From positions 1 through 40,097 of the IMG/VR virus record IMGVR_UViG_3300012347_000048: a stretch of 40,097 bases of DNA, one strand, 5' to 3'. Shown piece after piece: positions 1 to 7,399 of the stretch. The position numbers were made by a program, and so were the translations under genes. The stretch's first letter is position 1. The number at the start of each line of letters is the position of its first letter. This DNA is from a virus. Lineage: Duplodnaviria; Caudoviricetes. The notes beneath the pieces were generated by a model that saw nothing but the letters and a program-made list of their open reading frames with translations, was not told where the DNA came from and did no database searches.

Positions 1-499
1 GAACAATGTTACCTGAAGGGATAGTACCTGTGTAGCCAGTCTTCTCAGACACTCGGCGATACGTTGTAGTACTAACAGCAGGGTCGAACACCAAAGGATC
101 ATGTCCAGACTGGAAGAAGTAAAGGACTTCGTTCAAGGCAGCGATCTGCCAGTTGTTAGCTGTGATTGTAGGGGCAGTTCCTCCACCGCCGTAGGTCAAG
201 GTAGTCAGTGTGCTACCTACGAGCTTGAATAGCTTATTGTTACCTGCTGCGATGGTGTACTCAGAGCCGCTGTCTGTAACCAACTGACCGATAGCTTCTA
301 CGTTAGAGGAGCCTAAGTCAGTGTTGGTTGTGTTTACTGGCGACCAGCCTTTACGAGCACCTACACGGCCATACTGGTCAATAACACAGTTGACAGCGGT
401 AAGAGCAAAGCCAGAGGCTAAGTCTAGGGAGCTATCTTGTGTATTCAATCCATAGAAGCCGGGAGCTGTAATACTGAAGGTTTGAATTGGTTGTGCCAT
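1..499 (-). CDS. Tail tubular protein B / nozzle, N-terminal fragment (allele A), truncated by window start
   Basis: Manual translation MAQPIQTFSITAPGFYGLNTQDSSLDLASGFALTAVNCVIDQYGRVGARKGW... is clearly homologous to 36425..37981; ATG at 499. Confidence 0.8.
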   Translation of the reverse strand, partial: MAQPIQTFSITAPGFYGLNTQDSSLDLASGFALTAVNCVIDQYGRVGARKGWSPVNTTNTDLGSSNVEAIGQLVTDSGSEYTIAAGNNKLFKLVGSTLTTLTYGGGGTAPTITANNWQIAALNEVLYFFQSGHDPLVFDPAVSTTTYRRVSEKTGYTGTIPSGNIV

Positions 500-502
500 A
501 TG

Positions 503-1156
503 TTACACAGCCTCCCACGCATCTTCCTCAACATAACGTGAACTCTCGATGGCGATAGCATCTGCCAAGGAAGCTTTATACAGTCCGTAAGCCTCTGAGC
601 TATTCAAACCGCCATCTTCACCACGTTCAACCAGCGCACGCGCAAAAGCCCCTAAGATAACAGGCTCTTTAGGGGCGAACAATGTGTCTGAGTCTGCTGA
701 AAGTTCAGACTGAGGAATGTAGAGATTAAACGAGAGGGAGAGGCCAGCAGTAGGGATAGGGAAGACATTAACTTTAGTGTCCCCTGTACTGTCCAAGCCA
801 TTGAAGTTGTAGTATAAAGGAGAACCTGTCTGCTCACTGGTAAGCAGGTACTGAGACATCATCTTTGTAGTTAAGGCATTGATGGTAGTCTTGTTGGTAA
901 CGTCTGTAGCTTCAATGACTTTAAAGCGAGTACCTGAACCTGTCAGCACATAGTTATGTGTATCTGCAACAGTGGTTACTGTCAGCGTACTGTTCAATGC
1001 GTTCCACGAGTAAGCATCTTCTACTTGTCTCTTGGAGTCATTAACCAGCTTACCGATAAGTTTAGATAGTGTGTTCTCATTGACTGTAGAGACTTCAGGT
1101 TCGCGCATACGAATCAAGATGTCATTCACAAGTCCGAGGTATGTTGGCAGTGCCAT
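503..1156 (-). CDS. Head-tail adaptor / tail tubular protein A (allele A)
   Basis: 217 aa; N-terminal 'TYLGLVNDILIRMRE' helix typical of podovirus adaptors; sits between capsid and nozzle; homologous to 37978..38640. Confidence 0.7.
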   Translation of the reverse strand: MALPTYLGLVNDILIRMREPEVSTVNENTLSKLIGKLVNDSKRQVEDAYSWNALNSTLTVTTVADTHNYVLTGSGTRFKVIEATDVTNKTTINALTTKMMSQYLLTSEQTGSPLYYNFNGLDSTGDTKVNVFPIPTAGLSLSFNLYIPQSELSADSDTLFAPKEPVILGAFARALVERGEDGGLNSSEAYGLYKASLADAIAIESSRYVEEDAWEAV

Positions 1157-1159
1157 AAC

Positions 1160-1495
1160 TTAGATTCCTTCTTTCTTAAACAATTCAAAGGTACAGATGG
1201 TACTGAATGAACTTCCTGCTTCGCTTGTCATCACAACAGTATCATTCTCTTCCATCACCACGTAAGCACCTCCATCCATACGGACATAGGTCTTGGAACT
1301 AACACCACTGTCCATTACGTAGATGTTCTGCGAAGCACTAGAATCATGCCAGTACACGGAGATGGACTTGGTAGAGCCTGTGTTGTTAAATAGATACATC
1401 AAACCCCACTTGGCAAAGTAGCCAACAGGAACTGTGTATACTGTCGTAGGGGTCGCTGCTGTTAGGTTTACACCTACGGATACAGGACGAGTCAT
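1160..1495 (-). CDS. Small beta-rich virion protein (allele A)
   Basis: 111 aa; differs from 39220..39555 at 8 residues; lies in the structural operon. Confidence 0.65.
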   Translation of the reverse strand: MTRPVSVGVNLTAATPTTVYTVPVGYFAKWGLMYLFNNTGSTKSISVYWHDSSASQNIYVMDSGVSSKTYVRMDGGAYVVMEENDTVVMTSEAGSSFSTICTFELFKKEGI

Positions 1496-1496
1496 G

Positions 1497-1673
1497 TTAT
1501 TCCTTGCGCTTAGGCTTAGTTGTGGCTGTCTTTACCGCAGGAGATACCATAGGAGGTTCTTCTTGTAATTCATACCACTCAGGGTTACTCCTGAAACTTT
1601 GAATATCCACTGCACTCTTAACCTCTGCAATGGTCTGAGGACGGTTACTTGTCTTCATCTGGAAACGTACCAT
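1497..1673 (-). CDS. Small hypothetical protein downstream of capsid (allele A)
   Basis: Manually read 58-aa ORF MVRFQMKTSNRPQTIAEVKSAVDIQSFRSNPEWYELQEEPPMVSPAVKTATTKPKRKE with AAGGAG RBS; homologue at 39706..39897. Confidence 0.75.
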   Translation of the reverse strand: MVRFQMKTSNRPQTIAEVKSAVDIQSFRSNPEWYELQEEPPMVSPAVKTATTKPKRKE

Positions 1674-1717
1674 ATGTCTGTATCTCCTTTATTTATTACT
1701 CACGGTGTAAGCAGTAA

Positions 1718-1744
1718 ACAAAAGAGAGCCCCGAAGGGCCCTCC
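1718..1744 (-). terminator. Rho-independent terminator after major capsid gene (allele A)
   Basis: Minus strand GAGGGCCC-TTCG-GGGCTCTC-TTTTGTTT: cUUCGg tetraloop hairpin plus U tract; conserved in the second copy. Confidence 0.85.
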
Positions 1745-1755
1745 TTAATCAACCA

Positions 1756-2679
1756 TTAAGCCGCAGAAGCGTCAACGATGATTGGAACGCAACCGTAGTC
1801 ACGCAGTTCGCCCACGCCGTACAGGGTGTCAGCAGTGAACAAGTTACCGAGGTATTCTTGTTTGTACTGAGTCTGAGCACGAACGCCGATCTGCTCAACC
1901 AGAACAGCCCAGTCACGATGGAACATCAGAGCAGCACGGTCAGTGCTAGAGTTACCAGCAGCGGTGTCGCAGTTGGTAGACACATACACTTTCACGCCGT
2001 AGATGTCACCGAACTCACCGTTCATCAGTGTGGAACCAGTGCCCTTGAAGGCTTGCTCGGTGAAGCGGTTGATACCCAACATCGAGTTACGAGCCACAGG
2101 AGGAACCACCAAAGAACGGCCATCCATAGGCACGTCTTGATCGTCCAGCAACTGAATAGCGGCACGGATACCGGCATCAGCGATGTTGGCAGCGTTGGAA
2201 GTGCTGTAAGTGTAAGCAGCGCCGGTAGAACCGATGATACCACCAGAATATTGAGCGTTAGCAGAGCTACCGCCACGAGCCGCACGGCCCAGTTGGATCA
2301 ACGAAGTGTCAACTTTCTTACCCAGAGCGAAACCAGCGTCATCAGTGTAGAAGCTACGCAGGCTCGACAGAGCTTGAGCTTCCACGATGTCTTCGATCAG
2401 ACGGCTGTACTCGAAGTGCTGGTTGATAGCAACTGCGATGTCGCCTTCAGTGGCAGCGATCAAGTTCACTTGGCTACCGGCAGTCTTAGCAGAAGCGTCA
2501 CCACGGGTAGGGACGGGAATGTGAACGGTGTCACCTTTCTTGCCCTTGAACGACATTTTCTTGACCAAGTTGGCCATAACGAGAGATTTTTTGTATGCGG
2601 CTACAATTTCATCGCTCCAAACTTCAGGAATGAAGGTTGCTGCGGTTGTGACTGTAACGTGATTAGTACCTAAACCCAT
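1756..2679 (-). CDS. Major capsid protein
   Basis: 307 aa; 'FIPEVWSDEI...KGDTVHIP' N-terminus and 'DTLYGV' C-terminus typical of podovirus capsids; strong codon bias; follows scaffold; followed by terminator. Confidence 0.9.
   Translation of the reverse strand: MGLGTNHVTVTTAATFIPEVWSDEIVAAYKKSLVMANLVKKMSFKGKKGDTVHIPVPTRGDASAKTAGSQVNLIAATEGDIAVAINQHFEYSRLIEDIVEAQALSSLRSFYTDDAGFALGKKVDTSLIQLGRAARGGSSANAQYSGGIIGSTGAAYTYSTSNAANIADAGIRAAIQLLDDQDVPMDGRSLVVPPVARNSMLGINRFTEQAFKGTGSTLMNGEFGDIYGVKVYVSTNCDTAAGNSSTDRAALMFHRDWAVLVEQIGVRAQTQYKQEYLGNLFTADTLYGVGELRDYGCVPIIVDASAA
1826..1880. repeat. 55-bp exact repeat, copy 1 (identical to 40043..40097)
   Basis: GTGTCAGCAGTGAACAAGTTACCGAGGTATTCTTGTTTGTACTGAGTCTGAGCAC; identity breaks at 1825 (G) vs 40042 (A). 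Confidence 0.95.
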
Positions 2680-2717
2680 TTGAATACTCCTATAATTTCA
2701 AAAATTGAATGATTAAT

Positions 2718-3503
2718 TTATTTGACTCGACCTTCGCCATAAGCAGCCATGATTTCAGGTTGTAGCTGTTCATAACGATCTGGATCAGTCATTTTAAGAC
2801 GGATTAAATCCGCACGACGATACACTTTCTTTGCAACTTCGCCAGAACCACCTGAATCAACACCAGCGGCCTTTAGAGCTTGTGCTTTCTGTTGTTTACC
2901 AGTTTCCTGTACGTTGTTGTTGCGAACTTGCTTAAGTTCCTTGTATGTGCTCAAGAGTTCATCAGCAGAACTGAAGTCAAACTCTGCGTCTGCTTTAGCA
3001 TACAGACCCATACGCACTTGGCTGGCTTTAACCCACTCTTGGAAACCTGTGTCTTGGACAATGGTCTGCATATCAGGGTGTTTAGCTGAAAGCTGCTGTG
3101 CTGTCTTCATCCGTTTAAGTTCAAGGTTAGCTTGTTTAGCTTCCAGAACTGCGGGATTGTTCTCAATTGCACGTTTAATAGAATCTTGAGGGTTCTCAAA
3201 GAAATCTACTTCGGGCGCACTCTCAACTGTAGGCTTCTTATCTTCTTCGAGTTGCCGTTTAAGGAGTTGATCTGCTAAAGAGCGAACTTCATGGACTTCC
3301 TGTGCTTGCTTACCAATCATCTTTTCAGCTTCTTGGTGCATTCGGACAATATCTTCAATAGATTTGTTCTTATACTTATCAGGAATAATCTTATCAATTA
3401 CACTTTCAGATGCTTGAGTTTGTTCCTCTTGAGGATTCTCTTGAACCTGTTCTTCAATCTCGATCTCGTTACCATCAAACGATTCGGTTTCAATCAATGC
3501 CAT
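2718..3503 (-). CDS. Capsid scaffolding protein
   Basis: 261 aa; acidic N-terminus, 'PDKYKNKSIEDIVRMHQEAEKMIGKQ' coiled coil, basic C-terminus; directly upstream of capsid. Confidence 0.8.
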   Translation of the reverse strand: MALIETESFDGNEIEIEEQVQENPQEEQTQASESVIDKIIPDKYKNKSIEDIVRMHQEAEKMIGKQAQEVHEVRSLADQLLKRQLEEDKKPTVESAPEVDFFENPQDSIKRAIENNPAVLEAKQANLELKRMKTAQQLSAKHPDMQTIVQDTGFQEWVKASQVRMGLYAKADAEFDFSSADELLSTYKELKQVRNNNVQETGKQQKAQALKAAGVDSGGSGEVAKKVYRRADLIRLKMTDPDRYEQLQPEIMAAYGEGRVK

Positions 3504-3593
3504 ACTGTCTTTCTCCTGTCTCTAATGAGATTATAGGACTATAAAATGTGTCTATACTGATTACTCAGTACTTACCCGTAAAATGAAATAAGA

Positions 3594-3836
3594 TTATTCT
3601 GGAACAGCATAAGAGGCTTTCCTCTCAACTGCCAGCTTCTCACTTCGTTTGCGTTCCCATGCATCATACGCAGAAGGAAATGCACCAGAGATGCCTTCCA
3701 ACTTTGAACGAACCATAGAAACAATTCTGGTTGAATGTTTACCGCAGGCTCGACAAGCGAGTTCCCTAACGGTTTCATCTACCAATGCTTCAGAGATGTG
3801 TCCATCTTCACAAACAAATTCAAACATTCGGCGCAT
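3594..3836 (-). CDS. FmdB-like zinc-ribbon protein
   Basis: 'FEFVCEDGH...CRACG...RIVS' pattern of FmdB-family zinc ribbons. Confidence 0.6.
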   Translation of the reverse strand: MRRMFEFVCEDGHISEALVDETVRELACRACGKHSTRIVSMVRSKLEGISGAFPSAYDAWERKRSEKLAVERKASYAVPE

Positions 3837-4075
3837 TAATGCTCCTCCTGTAACAGTTGCTCATAAATCTCTTCACAAGTCTTCTTGCGGTTTAAAATAA
3901 GATCCAGAATATCCAGTTGGCCCTGACGATAAGATAATGTTTGTGCGTCTTTGACCGTGCGGATATTTTCTAGCTCTTGCTTTAACTTTGTGAAGTCCTC
4001 CATCAAGAATGCCCACCCTTGAGTAGCCATTGTTGAGAAGGATTCTTCATAATAAGTTGCTAAGGATTGTTCCAT
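3836..4075 (-). CDS. Hypothetical protein (head module)
   Basis: 79-aa helical ORF with GGA RBS, directly downstream of a consensus promoter and coupled to the next gene. Confidence 0.65.
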   Translation of the reverse strand: MEQSLATYYEESFSTMATQGWAFLMEDFTKLKQELENIRTVKDAQTLSYRQGQLDILDLILNRKKTCEEIYEQLLQEEH

Positions 4076-4104
4076 TGGAGTCCTTTGTAGTTGTACATTC
4101 TACT

Positions 4105-4134
4105 ATTATACCACATTTAGTGGTAATTTGTCAA
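4105..4134 (-). promoter_or_regulatory. Sigma70-type promoter for scaffold/capsid transcript
   Basis: TTGACA-18 bp-TATAAT with extended -10 (TGTGGTATAAT) on the minus strand. Confidence 0.8.
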
Positions 4135-4139
4135 GTACT

Positions 4140-4442
4140 TTATACACCTACCGAACCAAACATATCAGGTTGTTCCATTACCCAGTCATAACACTTGGCT
4201 AAGAACGTGTGACCTGCTTGTGCTTCCACTTGCTCATATGGAGCGTGATAGCGTCGAAAATCCACATCACGAGTGTCATCATTCTCAGGTGCAGAGGCAT
4301 ACCCCACAACATCAATCATGACTGTATGCTTATTCTCGGCATTGCTGCGTTGACGGCTCACGGCTGCGGTAACGATGCGGAAATATGCACCAGCGAAAGG
4401 GACACCAAACTGAGATGTCGAGAGATCAAGTTTAATTGCCAT
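4140..4442 (-). CDS. Putative tail fibre assembly chaperone
   Basis: 100 aa immediately downstream of the tail fibre; assigned by position only. Confidence 0.5.
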   Translation of the reverse strand: MAIKLDLSTSQFGVPFAGAYFRIVTAAVSRQRSNAENKHTVMIDVVGYASAPENDDTRDVDFRRYHAPYEQVEAQAGHTFLAKCYDWVMEQPDMFGSVGV

Positions 4443-4451
4443 TTTTGTTCC

Positions 4452-6818
4452 TTATGCGTAGACGAGTTCTGCCGTGTCAATGTTGGCAACCCATCGAATG
4501 TTGGTTGCTGCTGCGCCTGTTGCTGTAATTGCCAAACAGCCGTTCGTAGTGTCAGCAGAAAGGGCAAGAGTCCACCCCGGCACGTTGCTGATAGCGGTGA
4601 CGGTAGAAGCTACCAATGTCGTAGTTCCTGCGTTTGCTTCTCTACGGATCAATCCTTCAACTTTCCATGCGGCAGATTGAGTACCACCTGCGGCGCTTTG
4701 ACGGGCAATGACAATACCGCTGAAAGCGTATGCTGAATTGTTTGAAAGTAGGATTTGGTTAGTGCTACTCACAGTCCCTGAGTCTGCACTTATAAGAACT
4801 TGTGCAGTCGCACCCGTAGTGCTGGTGGCAAGAATTATTTTTCCTGCCTGAGTGTTTCCCGCCACTCCTCCTATTTGAAAACCAGAAAAAGCAAATTTTC
4901 CTTTGGAGATGGTTCTTGACCAACTACCAAGAGCAAAGCTGTCTGATGCGTCTGCTGTTGCTCTTATTCCAATGGCATTAGAGGTTGAAACAGCGGCTGT
5001 TGCCAGTGCTCCAATAGCAAGAGCGTAAGTAGATGCTGCTTTTGCCTGATAACCGATAGCAACTGAGCTAGTGCCAGTAGCACCATATGTGCTGGTGTTG
5101 TCTGCAATAGCGGCTGCAAAACTTGAATTACCTCCTGCGTAGGAGCCTCCAAGTGCCATAGCACCGTTTTCATTAGTAACAGAACCTTGAGCATTAGAAT
5201 TTGATCCTAGGGCCATGCTATACCCTGAATTTGCAGAAGCCCCAAAACCAATAGCTACAGAACGCCCACCGCTTGCACTTGGCCTCGCATCTGACGATAG
5301 TGCAGCTTCAGCGTAAAAACGCATCCTTTTCTTGTCGCCTGTTTGCCAGTTTGTACCATCGCAAATAATCTGCGTTCCTTCGCCACTTCTCAAAACAATA
5401 GTTGCCACCCCATCAATCGTTTCCGAAGCATTGGGATCAATAGTAATTGTTGTGAATGTCCCTGTATTCCAAATCCAGCAGTTGAAACCAGCTCCAAGAG
5501 TCGCAGCAGCAGTCAACGACACAGTGAATGTGCCGCTGGTGCAGTTGATGATCGTGCCCAAGTCACCAGCAACGACCGTGTAAGCGGCTGTCTTGTCGCT
5601 GATCGTCAGCGTAGAAGAACCACCTCCGCCACCTGCTACGTTAACCGTAACAGCACCACCAGTATTTGTAGCGGTAACCCCTGCACCAGTAAAGTTTAAG
5701 CTTGACAAGGCAGTTGTAAGCGTTGTGCCTTCATCTTGCACTGTGATAGCACTACCACCGCCTGCGGCAGCAGCCCACTTAACCCCTGTTGCCTGAGTGC
5801 TATCAGCAGTCAGTACATAAGTATCAGTACCCACGGCAAGTCGTGTATCTGTTGTGCCGTTGTGGACAACCAAATCACCTTTGGTAGTCAAAGGAGACAA
5901 AGCATCAAAGGCAGCAGAAGCTGTTGTCTGACCTGTTCCACCATTAGCGATAGCCACAGTACCTGTTACGTTAGCAGCAGTACCTGTAGTGTTCTGGTTC
6001 AACGTAGGCACATCAGCAGCCACTAATGAACGGAAAGTAGGAGTACCTGCTGTGCCGTTAGGAGCTGCAAAGACAGTGTTTGCTGTCTGACTAGATAAGG
6101 ATACAGCTAAAGTACCGTTAGTCGTGATAGGAGAGCCACTGACAGAGAATCCTGTAGGCATTGTCAGAGCAACAGAGGTAACTGTACCACCTCCACCACT
6201 AACAGGAATCCATTCAACATCAGTCTGACCACTGTTAACAGCCAATACTTTACCGTTGTTGCCTGTCAGCGAAGGGAGCAAGCTAACACGAGCGCCTGCT
6301 GCTGTAGAAGCACCTGTACCGCCATCGGCAACTGCCAGATCGGTAATACCAGAGATACTACCACCTGTAATCGACACACTGCTAGAGTTCTGCGAAGACA
6401 GAGTACCCAAAGTAGGCTTATTCAGGATTTCAGCATCACCGCTAACAGCAGTCCAGTCAGCATTGACGTTAACTTCAGCACCTGCTGCAATACCTGCTAA
6501 TTTAGACTTCTCTGTGGTGGTATAGTTGTTATCGGTATGCACATACGAAGAGTCAACAACGGTATTAGCGTTGTACCCCTGCACTGTTACACCAATAGCA
6601 GCACTTTTCAGAATTGTAGCATCAGCAGGTTCTGCACCAACATCTGAAGGAACCAGAGTAACAGTACCTGTCTTACCTGCTACGCTTTGAACAGGAGCTT
6701 TAGCAACAATAGCGTTAATAGTTGTTTTTGTGGTTGTTGCTGATTGCACCACAGGCAATTCTTCAGTACCGGACAGCGTACTTGCTGAAGGTAGAGCTGA
6801 AATCTTTACATCTGCCAT
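4452..6818 (-). CDS. Tail fibre / receptor-binding protein with YadA-head-like repeats
   Basis: 788 aa, Thr/Gly/Ala-rich; 'MADVKISALP' start, 'VQSVAGKTGTV', repeated 'DGGTGA/NGGTGQ', Gly linkers, 'SVAIG..A.A' repeats in the C-terminal third. Confidence 0.85.
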   Translation of the reverse strand: MADVKISALPSASTLSGTEELPVVQSATTTKTTINAIVAKAPVQSVAGKTGTVTLVPSDVGAEPADATILKSAAIGVTVQGYNANTVVDSSYVHTDNNYTTTEKSKLAGIAAGAEVNVNADWTAVSGDAEILNKPTLGTLSSQNSSSVSITGGSISGITDLAVADGGTGASTAAGARVSLLPSLTGNNGKVLAVNSGQTDVEWIPVSGGGGTVTSVALTMPTGFSVSGSPITTNGTLAVSLSSQTANTVFAAPNGTAGTPTFRSLVAADVPTLNQNTTGTAANVTGTVAIANGGTGQTTASAAFDALSPLTTKGDLVVHNGTTDTRLAVGTDTYVLTADSTQATGVKWAAAAGGGSAITVQDEGTTLTTALSSLNFTGAGVTATNTGGAVTVNVAGGGGGSSTLTISDKTAAYTVVAGDLGTIINCTSGTFTVSLTAAATLGAGFNCWIWNTGTFTTITIDPNASETIDGVATIVLRSGEGTQIICDGTNWQTGDKKRMRFYAEAALSSDARPSASGGRSVAIGFGASANSGYSMALGSNSNAQGSVTNENGAMALGGSYAGGNSSFAAAIADNTSTYGATGTSSVAIGYQAKAASTYALAIGALATAAVSTSNAIGIRATADASDSFALGSWSRTISKGKFAFSGFQIGGVAGNTQAGKIILATSTTGATAQVLISADSGTVSSTNQILLSNNSAYAFSGIVIARQSAAGGTQSAAWKVEGLIRREANAGTTTLVASTVTAISNVPGWTLALSADTTNGCLAITATGAAATNIRWVANIDTAELVYA

Positions 6819-6820
6819 CT

Positions 6821-7399
6821 TTATTCCTCAATTAAATAAGAGCCGTCTTCGGCAACAAGGAAATCACCACCCTCGGTAAGAAGCTTGTTGATAACACCAA
6901 CAGAACCAATCCAAGCGGTGAACTGTGACCATGTAGCTCTAACCCACTCACCGTTTTGTTTAACAACAACTTCGGTAGGTTTAGGGTTTGTATCAGCTAC
7001 TTTTAAGTTATCAAGGCTGAAAGCTTGAGTGCTTACTGAGTATAGCTCTGCCTTTTTAGCATCGAACTCTACACTTCCAGCGTTAATCTCATTGCCATCA
7101 GAAAGCTTCAGGACAAGAGACTGATCAAAGTCAATGAAAGCATCTACAACGCCTACGCCTTGTTTGCCTGTATCACCGTCTTTACCATCTACGCCATCTC
7201 GTCCGTCTTTACCGTCTTTGCCGTCTTTGCCGTCAAAACCACGATCTCCTTGCTCTCCTTTGGGGCCTTGGTCACCTTTGTCACCTTTGGGCCCCGAAGG
7301 GCCTTCGAGTTTTTGGATTTCATCAGCTTTAGATTGGAGTTCCGCTACTTGTTTTTTAACATCAGCAAGTGCAGAAGCAAGGAGAAGTGCTTTATCCAT
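6821..7399 (-). CDS. Collagen-like virion protein
   Basis: N-terminal coiled coil, about 17 consecutive Gly-X-Y triplets, C-terminal 'LLTEGGDFLVAEDG' motif. Confidence 0.75.
   Translation of the reverse strand: MDKALLLASALADVKKQVAELQSKADEIQKLEGPSGPKGDKGDQGPKGEQGDRGFDGKDGKDGKDGRDGVDGKDGDTGKQGVGVVDAFIDFDQSLVLKLSDGNEINAGSVEFDAKKAELYSVSTQAFSLDNLKVADTNPKPTEVVVKQNGEWVRATWSQFTAWIGSVGVINKLLTEGGDFLVAEDGSYLIEE

Noticed and set aside
1-1825. Direct terminal repeat of the phage
   Set aside because: The two copies are diverged and differ in gene content; true terminal repeats are identical and would be expected in the non-coding gap near 11.5 kb.
1858-2673. 271-aa + strand ORF antisense to the capsid gene
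   Set aside because: Shadow ORF caused by strong codon bias of a highly expressed gene; no RBS or protein-like features.
7150-7300. 9-bp repeats (CCGTCTTTN)
   Set aside because: Explained by collagen GKD triplet coding.
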